From Bacteroidota bacterium (GTDB lineage Bacteria > Bacteroidota > Bacteroidia > UBA10329), in contig JBJOHR010000178.1 of assembly GCA_046047575.1 (NCBI GenBank), positions 1 to 55,660 on the forward strand: 55,660 bases of DNA, read 5' to 3'. The notes under the pieces were generated by a model, which saw nothing but the letters and a program-made list of their open reading frames with translations, made no database searches and was not told where the DNA came from. The translations under genes and the position numbers were made by a program. Below are positions 45,809-53,868 of the stretch, in pieces (the first letter of the stretch is position 1; each line of letters begins with the position of its first letter).

Positions 45809-47764
45809 ATGGTTTACGCACTCGTTTTCAGGCGCATTCTTGTGCTGGTCCTTGTGTTGGTGTCCGTTCATGTTTCAGCCCAATCCAAGGCCGACAGTCT
45901 GCTTCGCGTACATGCGGCCGGTAAAGCAGATGCCAGCACCTATGCCGATCTTGTTTGGACTTACGTTTTTAACCAGCCGGATTCTGCCATCTACTTTGGT
46001 AATCGAGCCATTGATTGGTGCCAGAAAACGGGAATAGACTCGCTGCTCGGAAGCATTTACAATCGGGTTGGAGTTGCCTATGACGTTAAATCCGTTCCTG
46101 ATTCAGCCTTGTATTTCTATCATCTTGCTTTGGCGCACGCACAGGAAACAGGCAACCTGAAGACCGAGGGCGGTGCGCTGAACAACATAGGACTTATACA
46201 TTGGAACAATGGTGAACTGGAAAAGGCCATAGACTACTATATCCGCGCTGCGGGTAAGTTCGAACAGATCGGCAATCTGATCGGTCTTGGTAATACCTAC
46301 AACAACATCGGTATCATCCTTTTTGAGGACGAACAAATTGAAAAGAGCATGCGCTATCACCGTCAAGCGCTTCGGATCCGACTCAAAACCGGCCATAAGA
46401 CCGGTATTGCTTCAACTTACCTGAACCTATCGCAATTGTTCTCCAAAGGCCACTTGAATATGCCAGATTCATCCATTTTCTATGTTCGGCAGGCCATCCC
46501 ACTTTATGAGGAGGTGAGGGATCTCTACGGTCTTTCACGTGCTTATCGCGAATTGGCAGACCACTTCTCTGACATCTACCAATATGAGGACGCCTTAAAG
46601 GCATACGGGCAGGCACTTCGTATACAGATAGGCCTTGGGAATGCGGAAGGATACGCATCGACCTACTATAATATAGCCGGCATCTACAAGAAGATGCAAG
46701 ACACTGATAATGAGCTGGCTTACTTGGATTCTGCAGAATTCCTCGCCTCTGCAAGTAACGATCTTTCGTTGCTTTGGAAAGTTTACCGCACAAAAGCACG
46801 GGCCTTTGGCCGATCGGGCAGACATGAGGAGGCATATCCTTACTGGATCAAATATGATAACCTGAAGGACAGCTTGGTGAACATAGAAAAGAGTCTCCAG
46901 ATCGAAGAGCTGGAAACACAATACCGGACAGCAGAGAAGGATCGCGAGATATCTGAGAAGAAGATCGCTCTGGCAGAAGCAAAGCTGAAACTGGAGAATC
47001 GCAGCAAGTGGATCATTGGTCTCGTAAGCGGACTGGTTATGATCCTTCTGCTCGGTTTTGCCCTTGTGCAGCGTAATGAACGGAGAGCGCAAGCAGAAAA
47101 AGATGCGTCCATTATTGCTGAGCGGCAGCGTGGGTTGGAAGCTATCATTGAAGCAACAGAAGACGAGCGGAAACGAATTGCAAAGGACCTTCACGATGGG
47201 ATCGTGCAAACATTAACCGGTTTGAGTCTTCGTTTGCAAAAACAGTTTTCAGCCTTGGTTGCCGATGAGGCAGCAAGAAAGGAGTTCGTAGCATCGCAAT
47301 CAATGTTGGACGAATCGATCAGCGAAATACGCACCATCAGCCACCAAATGATGCCGCGTGTATTGGCCGAAGTGGGGCTTGTTCCCGCATTGGACGATAT
47401 GCTTGACAAATCTCTCGGAAATACAGATATCAAGTTTGAATTCGAGCATCACAAAGTCGAGGGCGAGCGATTCCCAGAAAATCTTGAGGTTAGTCTATAC
47501 CGAATCTGCCAGGAACTGATCAACAACATCATAAAACATTCAGAGGCAAAGGCAGTTTCAATCCAACTACTTAAAACAAAAACACACTTGGTGCTGGTGG
47601 TAGAAGACAACGGAAAGGGATTTACCTTTGACAGTGAGCTGAATCGCAATGGTATCGGCCTCATGAATATCAACACCCGGGCAAAAGCAATGCATGGTGA
47701 AGTGAATTACGAGCCGAGCCCACAACAAGGTACGGTTGCAACCATTAGAATACCCTTGCCATGA
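45809..47764 (+). CDS. Sensor histidine kinase: TPR-repeat N-terminal region, one TM helix, then HisKA_3 plus HATPase
   Basis: Repeated TPR-like units are present (G.LNNIGLIHWNNGELEKAIDYY, LGNTYNNIGIIL, ASTYLNLSQLF, ASTYYNIAGIY). TM helix: WIIGLVSGLVMILLLGFALV. H-box: RIAKDLHDGIVQTL. N-box: ELINNIIKHS. G-boxes: DNGKGF and GIGLMNI. Confidence 0.88.
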   Translation: MVYALVFRRILVLVLVLVSVHVSAQSKADSLLRVHAAGKADASTYADLVWTYVFNQPDSAIYFGNRAIDWCQKTGIDSLLGSIYNRVGVAYDVKSVPDSALYFYHLALAHAQETGNLKTEGGALNNIGLIHWNNGELEKAIDYYIRAAGKFEQIGNLIGLGNTYNNIGIILFEDEQIEKSMRYHRQALRIRLKTGHKTGIASTYLNLSQLFSKGHLNMPDSSIFYVRQAIPLYEEVRDLYGLSRAYRELADHFSDIYQYEDALKAYGQALRIQIGLGNAEGYASTYYNIAGIYKKMQDTDNELAYLDSAEFLASASNDLSLLWKVYRTKARAFGRSGRHEEAYPYWIKYDNLKDSLVNIEKSLQIEELETQYRTAEKDREISEKKIALAEAKLKLENRSKWIIGLVSGLVMILLLGFALVQRNERRAQAEKDASIIAERQRGLEAIIEATEDERKRIAKDLHDGIVQTLTGLSLRLQKQFSALVADEAARKEFVASQSMLDESISEIRTISHQMMPRVLAEVGLVPALDDMLDKSLGNTDIKFEFEHHKVEGERFPENLEVSLYRICQELINNIIKHSEAKAVSIQLLKTKTHLVLVVEDNGKGFTFDSELNRNGIGLMNINTRAKAMHGEVNYEPSPQQGTVATIRIPLP

Positions 47765-48396
47765 GCCGCATCCGACTACTTCTGGTTGATGATCACCAGA
47801 TCGTTTTAGATGGTATAAAAGCACTGCTGGACGGCCTAGATGGCTTTGACTGTGTGGCTACTGCGGACAATGGTCAAAAGGCCCTTGATCTGCTCAAGGT
47901 GTTTCCTGTGGATGTGGTATTGATGGACATCGACATGCCCATTATGAACGGAATGGATGCCACTCGTATTATCAAGAAGGAATACCCTAATGTGAAGGTC
48001 ATATCGCTGACTCAGCACAGCGAACGTGGTATGGTTAAACGCTTGTTGGATTGTGGGTCTGATGGCTACCTGCTCAAGAACATTGCCCAAGATGAACTGA
48101 CAAGTGCCATACGCAAGGTAAATGCGGGAGAAAATGCATTTAGCGAAGAAGTGGCCATGAGTTTGGCCGGCAAAGTGGTAGAAAAAAACGCTAACGGAGT
48201 TGAAATAGAACTTACGGAGCGCGAGATTGAAATCCTCTCTCTGATTGCCGAAGGGTTAAGCAGTAAACAGATTGGCGACAAACTATTCATCAGTCCTCGG
48301 ACGGTTGACACTCACCGGACAAACCTGATGAACAAGCTCGACATCCATAACATTGCAGGTCTGATCCGCTTTGCTTTCAAGAATGGCTATAGCTGA
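47761..48396 (+). CDS. Response regulator, NarL/LuxR family
   Basis: ATGA overlap with the kinase gene. Receiver motifs: LLVDDHQIV, VLMDIDMP. HTH: LTEREIEILSLIAEGLSSKQIGDKLFISPRTVDTHRTNLMNKL. Confidence 0.92.
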   Translation: MSRIRLLLVDDHQIVLDGIKALLDGLDGFDCVATADNGQKALDLLKVFPVDVVLMDIDMPIMNGMDATRIIKKEYPNVKVISLTQHSERGMVKRLLDCGSDGYLLKNIAQDELTSAIRKVNAGENAFSEEVAMSLAGKVVEKNANGVEIELTEREIEILSLIAEGLSSKQIGDKLFISPRTVDTHRTNLMNKLDIHNIAGLIRFAFKNGYS

Positions 48397-48499
48397 TCTT
48401 TACAAAAAGTGTTAGATCTTCCAGCCTAACAGAACACCTCACACATCTTGACGTTCTGTATTGACAAAACATCGGTATAATTGCCGCTCAATTCATAAA

Positions 48500-50104
48500 A
48501 TGCAGAACTTCCGAACATTCCGTCTAGCTGCGCTTTTCATTGCGCTGTCCTACCTAAGCACCAGCGCCCAAGAGGTTGACCTTCATGGTTGGCATCACAA
48601 AGACCCGTCAGAGGGTATTTACGGTGTAGGAACCGAAAAGGCGTACGAACTGCTGAAAGACCGCAAACCAACCAAAGTGGTTGTTGCCATTCTAGACTCT
48701 GGTGTCGATACCGACCATGAAGACCTGAAAGACAACATTTGGGTAAATGAGGACGAGATTCCCGGCAATGGTATTGACGATGACAGGAACGGATACGTAG
48801 ACGACATCAACGGCTGGAACTTTCTAGGGAACGCTGAAGGCGTGAACTTGGATGCCGCCAACTTGGAACTGACCCGCCTCTACCGAAAATTGGCACCAAA
48901 GTTCAGTCAAATCAAATCGAAGAAGGAAGTAGCAAAAGAGGATGTGGAAGATTACCTCCTTTTCAAAGAACTTGAGGAGAAAATATTGACCGAACTGAAT
49001 CAGACCGGACCGGAATATGCTCAGATAGATGCCTTTCTAAAGGTCTACAACAAGGCCGACAGTGTTGCTAGGTCTGCATTGGGAGCAAATTATACGGCAA
49101 GCGATGTGCTGGCTTGGAAAACAAAGTCTGATGACGAGGCTTTGTATCAGAACATTTTGAGCGGATTGGCACAGGACCCTAATTTCAGCAAAAGCGGGCT
49201 AGAGGAATATTATAACTACCTGCGCGACAAGATGGAGTATCACTACAACCCAAAGTTCGTTGACCGCGCTTTGCTTGGCGATGATTATGAACTTGTTGAA
49301 GAACGATATTATGGCAACAATGATGTCTCTGCTCCTCACAACGACCACGGAACGCATGTGGCCGGTATTGTTGGAGCTGTAAGAAACAACAAGCTGGGCA
49401 TGAACGGTATTTGTGCCAACGTTGAACTGATGGTTGTTAGAACGGTGCCTAATGGCGATGAATTTGATAAGGATGTGGCAAACGCCATCCGATATGCGGT
49501 TGACAATGGCGCCCACATCATCAATATGAGCTTCGGAAAGGCCTATTCACCACAGGTCGGTGCCGTGTATGAGGCCATCAAGCATGCAGAAGCCAAAGGC
49601 GTACTGTTGGTTCACGGTGCAGGGAACGATGCCGCAAACATCGACAAGGTTGAAAATTACCCTAATCCGTTCTACACGGAAGGAAGTGCCAAATGCACCA
49701 CTTGGCTTACCATTGGCGCAAGCGCGCATTCTGGAGACAAAAAGCTGGTGGGTGTTTTTTCTAACTACGGAAAGAAGAATCTCGACCTGTTTGCGCCCGG
49801 TGTACAGATCTATTCGGCAAAGCCAGATGACACGTATGAATTTGCCGATGGAACCAGCATGGCGGCACCCGTAGTTTCGGGTGTGGCAGCACTTATCAAA
49901 TCATATTTCCCTGAAATTTCAGGTGCCGAATTGCGTGAACTGTTGCTGGAGTCGAGCAATAAATACCCGAAACTCAAGGTGCTGATGCCCGACCCGAATT
50001 ACAAACAGACCAAGTCCGCCAAGTTCGGAAATCTCTCTGTCAGTGCTGGCATCGTAAACGCTTATAACGCAGCTCAGTTAGCACTTAATAAATACGGTAG
50101 ATAA
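48500..50104 (+). CDS. Secreted S8-family (subtilisin-like) serine peptidase
   Basis: ORF 48461..50104. ATG 48500 gives the signal peptide MQNFRTFRLAALFIALSYLSTSAQ. Catalytic triad motifs: VAILDSGVDTDHEDL, HGTHVAGIVGA, DGTSMAAPVVSG. Confidence 0.9.
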   Translation: MQNFRTFRLAALFIALSYLSTSAQEVDLHGWHHKDPSEGIYGVGTEKAYELLKDRKPTKVVVAILDSGVDTDHEDLKDNIWVNEDEIPGNGIDDDRNGYVDDINGWNFLGNAEGVNLDAANLELTRLYRKLAPKFSQIKSKKEVAKEDVEDYLLFKELEEKILTELNQTGPEYAQIDAFLKVYNKADSVARSALGANYTASDVLAWKTKSDDEALYQNILSGLAQDPNFSKSGLEEYYNYLRDKMEYHYNPKFVDRALLGDDYELVEERYYGNNDVSAPHNDHGTHVAGIVGAVRNNKLGMNGICANVELMVVRTVPNGDEFDKDVANAIRYAVDNGAHIINMSFGKAYSPQVGAVYEAIKHAEAKGVLLVHGAGNDAANIDKVENYPNPFYTEGSAKCTTWLTIGASAHSGDKKLVGVFSNYGKKNLDLFAPGVQIYSAKPDDTYEFADGTSMAAPVVSGVAALIKSYFPEISGAELRELLLESSNKYPKLKVLMPDPNYKQTKSAKFGNLSVSAGIVNAYNAAQLALNKYGR

Positions 50105-50154
50105 GAAAGCGTTAACTTTTTCGTTAAATTGGATGAACCTTACTATCCAATACC

Positions 50155-50547
50155 ATGAAAAAGTTTCTCGCTGTTATTGCCGGCCTTGTCGTTGCCTTTA
50201 CGTTAACAACCGCTGGCACGCTGGCCTCTGCCAAATTCTTCGGTAATCTTGATGTGTTCAGCCCATCACTTGATGGCGCAAAAGCATTGATAAGCAGTAT
50301 GTCGAGTGTCGGGCTGGTACTGATCATCGTTTCCCACGCCATTGGTTCTTTGGCAGGAGGCGTTACGGTTGGCTGGATCTTGAAAGATGATACAATGAAT
50401 GTCGGGCTTACGCTTGGCGCCATTATGACGATTCTAGGATTGGTGAACATGGTGCTCATACCCACATATCCCGAATGGTTCTACTTGGATTTCATCGTAT
50501 TCATTCCGCTTTCTATGTTTGGCGCCAATTACACGTCCAAACTATAG
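50155..50547 (+). CDS. Hypothetical small membrane protein (4 TM helices)
   Basis: Hydrophobic helices: FLAVIAGLVVAFTLTTAG, VGLVLIIVSHAIGSLAGG, LTLGAIMTILGLVNMVLI, LDFIVFIPLSMF. Confidence 0.6.
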   Translation: MKKFLAVIAGLVVAFTLTTAGTLASAKFFGNLDVFSPSLDGAKALISSMSSVGLVLIIVSHAIGSLAGGVTVGWILKDDTMNVGLTLGAIMTILGLVNMVLIPTYPEWFYLDFIVFIPLSMFGANYTSKL

Positions 50548-50551
50548 CTGA

Positions 50552-51631
50552 TTGATACATACAGAGAACCTCATTGTCGGCCTAGGTATTGCGGGTCTAA
50601 ATCTCTGTCATTACTTAGAAAAGGCAGGAAAGTCCTTTCTGGTAATAGACCGCTGCCCAGCAAACTCCTCTTCGTTGATTGCCGGTGGTATCTACAATCC
50701 GATAGCGCTCAAGCGCAAACTCAAAAGTTGGAAGGTTGATGAACTGTTCCAGAATTTGGTAGAGACTTACTCCGAAATAGACCAAAGGCTTGGTATTTCA
50801 TCATTGGAGCACAATTTCCCTATTCTAAAACCCATTTCGGCTCTAGACGACCTGCATGAATGGGAACGGGCTGTTGATGAAAACCGACTATCTCCGTATG
50901 TAAATTCGTTACAGGTAGGAACTCCAACTGGTCCATTCTCCGAGAATACGATTGCAAGTGTTACGATAGAACATGCTGGTTTTGTGCGAATCGGCAAGAC
51001 ACTAATGGCATATCGCGAATACCTGAAAAACAGCGGTCGGCTTTTGACCGGTGATTTTGACCACGATGGCCTAGAGATCGATGGTGATGCCATAAGATAC
51101 CAAGACCTACATGCTGATCGGGTGATCTTTGCAGAGGGTCGGTTCATCCGAGAAAATCCATATTTCAATTGGCTCCCTTTCCGTGGTACCAAAGGCCAAA
51201 TGCTGACGGTAAAAGTGCCAGATAGCCTTACGCCCGACCGCATTTACAACCAGCAGTTCCTGTTGTTTCCAACCGAAGAAAAGAACATATTCCGATTGGG
51301 CGCCACTTACGAATGGACACATCTGGATGAGATTCCTACTCAAGAAGCAACAGCGGAACTGGTGGCCAAGGTAGAATCGGCCCTGTCCATAAAGCTTGAG
51401 GTCATGGACGCTCAGGCAGCTGTAAGGCCAACGGTTATCGACCGCAGACCCGTTGTAGGAAAGCATCCGAACAAGCTACCATTGTTCATTTTCAATGGCC
51501 TTGGAACAAAAGGCGTAATGCTTGCTCCTTATTTTGCCAAGCAATTGGTTGACCATATTTACGATGGAAAACCTCTTGATCAGGAAGTTCACCTGAACCG
51601 CTTTGTGCAAAAACACTACGTGAAGGACTGA
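50552..51631 (+). CDS. FAD-dependent oxidoreductase (DAO/glycine-oxidase-like family)
   Basis: TTG start 4 nt after the upstream stop. The dinucleotide-binding N-terminus is LIVGLGIAGLNLCHYLEKAGKSFLVIDR. Also NGLGTKGV near the C-terminus. Confidence 0.75.
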   Translation: MIHTENLIVGLGIAGLNLCHYLEKAGKSFLVIDRCPANSSSLIAGGIYNPIALKRKLKSWKVDELFQNLVETYSEIDQRLGISSLEHNFPILKPISALDDLHEWERAVDENRLSPYVNSLQVGTPTGPFSENTIASVTIEHAGFVRIGKTLMAYREYLKNSGRLLTGDFDHDGLEIDGDAIRYQDLHADRVIFAEGRFIRENPYFNWLPFRGTKGQMLTVKVPDSLTPDRIYNQQFLLFPTEEKNIFRLGATYEWTHLDEIPTQEATAELVAKVESALSIKLEVMDAQAAVRPTVIDRRPVVGKHPNKLPLFIFNGLGTKGVMLAPYFAKQLVDHIYDGKPLDQEVHLNRFVQKHYVKD

Positions 51632-52326
51632 ATTCCGAGTTCGTTCTGAATTTCCGACCTCAGCTTTAGTTTTACCTCTTCTTCATCGATCAAATGTCCC
51701 AATTCTTGCTGCATGGAAGTGACCGCCTTATCGTCAATTCCACAGGGAATGATGTGTTTGTAATAGGTAAGGTCCGTGTTCACATTCAGCGCAAAGCCGT
51801 GCATGGTCACCCAGCGGCTGGTGTGCATTCCGAAGGCGCAGATCTTCCGCGCTTTTTCTGGGTTTTCCCAATCGATCCAAACACCTGTAAAGCCTTTGGG
51901 GCCACGGCCTGCTTCAATGCCGTATTCGGCCAACGTGGCGATGATGGCTTCTTCCAGTTTATCAATGAATTTGTGGATGTCGTGAAAGAAAAAATCGAGA
52001 TCGAAGATCGGATAACCCACTATCTGACCAGGTCCATGGTAGGTGATGTCACCCCCGCGATTGATGTGATAAAACTCCGCGCCATGAATTTTGAGCTCGC
52101 TTTGCGTCAGTAATAGGTTTTCCTCCTTACCGCTTTTGCCTAATGTGTAAACATGCGGGTGCGAACAGAAAATCAATCGGCTTTCAGTTGATTTTGGGGA
52201 TTCTGGATTGAGCTTGTTCGACTTTTTACGCTCCACCATTTCATGAAACTGCTCCAGCTGGTAATCCCAACACTCCTTGTAGGGAATGAGACCCTTGTCT
52301 TCGAAATAAACTTCGTGGGCGCTCAA
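51616..52326 (-). CDS. lipB: Lipoyl(octanoyl) transferase
   Basis: HPHVYTLG, RGGDITYHGPGQ, KICAFG, IIPCGI. TTG start sharing TTGA with the upstream stop. Confidence 0.9.
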   Translation of the reverse strand: MSAHEVYFEDKGLIPYKECWDYQLEQFHEMVERKKSNKLNPESPKSTESRLIFCSHPHVYTLGKSGKEENLLLTQSELKIHGAEFYHINRGGDITYHGPGQIVGYPIFDLDFFFHDIHKFIDKLEEAIIATLAEYGIEAGRGPKGFTGVWIDWENPEKARKICAFGMHTSRWVTMHGFALNVNTDLTYYKHIIPCGIDDKAVTSMQQELGHLIDEEEVKLKLRSEIQNELGIQSFT

Positions 52327-52787
52327 TTTTGCCTTGACCTTTGTGTGATAATCAGTCGATCAAGCCGTCTTTTGTTCTCCTGTTGCAGCAAAGAAGGATA
52401 AAGGTTCATTAGAACATTTATTGCCATAATGATCAGCCCAAAAAGAGCACTGTATTTAATGCCATGATAGGCAGCAAAGGGCATTACGAACACAAAACCG
52501 ATGAGGTGACCGATTTCCGAATAGGTCATTTCCATGCGGATTTCCAGCAGGTCGGCTTTGCCATTTTTCAGTTTGATCTTCTGGTTGAAGAATTTGAATG
52601 GTGTGTTCTTCACAATCCATTGAAAGTACTTGATTCCTAAATACTTGTTAGCCGTGCTACTTCGAATGAAGTTGAAGTCTGAAAGCTTGTGATAGAATCC
52701 CATTTTCATCAAAATTCCGTTGCCAATCAGCCCAACAAGCCAAGAAATAAACGATATGGAAATCCCGAACTTGAGATACTCGACCAT
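52323..52787 (-). CDS. Hypothetical membrane protein (154 aa)
   Basis: Four hydrophobic segments are present (SISFISWLVGLIGNGIL, IGHLIGFVFVMPFAAY, ALFGLIIMAINVLMNLY). It is translationally coupled on both sides. No family recognised. Confidence 0.55.
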   Translation of the reverse strand: MVEYLKFGISISFISWLVGLIGNGILMKMGFYHKLSDFNFIRSSTANKYLGIKYFQWIVKNTPFKFFNQKIKLKNGKADLLEIRMEMTYSEIGHLIGFVFVMPFAAYHGIKYSALFGLIIMAINVLMNLYPSLLQQENKRRLDRLIITQRSRQN

Positions 52788-53773
52788 TAGCTAAGCTTAG
52801 CCAACTCGCCCTTCAAGTGATCGATCACCTTCACTTCGGTTTCATCAATTCCCTTCTTTTCGGCCAAGAAGTAGGAGATCCAATCGCCAATATGCACTAA
52901 GTACAGCGCGCGCTGCAGGTCGCTCGTGCCTTTAGACCAAACCTCTACAATAGTGCTTGTGTACTCAGTAAAAGTTCCCTTGTTGATGTTCATCCGAGCC
53001 TGAATGCGGTCGAAATCTGTTTCACTCCGAAACAGGATTACCGCCAGATCATCATTCTGCGCTCGCCAACCGACAAGCTCATTGTGGTTCATTTCTGGGA
53101 TCACATGATGCCAGCAAAGCATCTTGCTGTTTTCATTGATCTGTTGACGGAAACGCGTGGCAACGCCTCCAAATCCATCAGCGGCATAAATCACAGGGAT
53201 TTTACCGTACAGCTTGTCGGTTACCTGCTTAGCTTCTTCTTGGATGGCCATTTCCTTGTCATCCAACAGCTTGATGGCTGCTTCCAATTCTTTCTCGAAT
53301 TTCTTTGAAATGATGCCGTGTGCATACAAGACATACAACACTTCTGGGAACGAAAGCCCAAAACTGGCCCGTGGGGGCTGTCCTCCAGGAATCCCGATGT
53401 AATCCCAGCCGAATTCATCGGCCATTTCCTTCAGTTTACCACCGCTGGATATGACCACGATCTTGGCTCCTTCCTCATGCGCCAACTTGGCGGCTGAAAT
53501 GGTTTCTTCCGTATTGCCCGAATACGAACACGCCAAGAAAAGCGTGTTGATGCTCACGAAGTTGGGAATGAAATATCCGTTGTTGGTTACGATCGGAACA
53601 TGTGCCTCCGAAGCCACAACCTCCGCAGCAATTGTTCCGCCAATTCCTGAGCCGCCAAGGCCAGAAATAAGCACATTGGAGATGTTCGCATTCCAATCAG
53701 AAGGTTCATAGGCGTTGCCAATGACGATGGCGTGCGCAATCTGATTTGTGAAGTCCTTGATAAGTTCTTTCAT
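52787..53773 (-). CDS. Bifunctional phosphoglucose/phosphomannose isomerase (SIS-domain family)
   Basis: SIS motifs: VLISGLGGSGIGG and ACSYSGNTEET. The C-terminal PGI/PMI-like region has HNELVGW. Length 328 aa. Confidence 0.8.
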   Translation of the reverse strand: MKELIKDFTNQIAHAIVIGNAYEPSDWNANISNVLISGLGGSGIGGTIAAEVVASEAHVPIVTNNGYFIPNFVSINTLFLACSYSGNTEETISAAKLAHEEGAKIVVISSGGKLKEMADEFGWDYIGIPGGQPPRASFGLSFPEVLYVLYAHGIISKKFEKELEAAIKLLDDKEMAIQEEAKQVTDKLYGKIPVIYAADGFGGVATRFRQQINENSKMLCWHHVIPEMNHNELVGWRAQNDDLAVILFRSETDFDRIQARMNINKGTFTEYTSTIVEVWSKGTSDLQRALYLVHIGDWISYFLAEKKGIDETEVKVIDHLKGELAKLS

Positions 53774-53792
53774 GACCCTTGTTGTAGGCCGA

Positions 53793-53800
53793 CAAAGCTA
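53793..53800 (-). promoter_or_regulatory. Bacteroidota -7 promoter box (TAGCTTTG on the minus strand)
   Basis: Exact TAnnTTTG match 19 nt upstream of ATG 53773. Confidence 0.45.
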
Positions 53801-53845
53801 AACTATCCTGAAATGCTGGCAAGGATTCGGCTATAGACTGTTGGT

Positions 53846-53853
53846 TATCTTTG
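53846..53853 (+). promoter_or_regulatory. Bacteroidota -7 promoter box (TATCTTTG)
   Basis: Exact TAnnTTTG match 15 nt upstream of the lysS ATG at 53869. Confidence 0.45.
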
Positions 53854-53868
53854 CGCAAAATTTCATCC

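Noticed and set aside
46595-47209. 204-aa minus-strand ORF inside the histidine kinase gene; 46383..46835 and 45203..45733 are similar
   Set aside because: It is antisense to well-supported genes (kinase H/N/G boxes, carboxyltransferase motifs). The composition is Cys/Leu/Phe-rich and there is no promoter box.
48461-48481. TTGACA (48461-48466) plus TATAAT (48476-48481), resembling a sigma-70 -35/-10 promoter
   Set aside because: The spacing is only 9 nt instead of about 17. In this lineage the TATAATTG octamer is better read as a one-mismatch -7 box.
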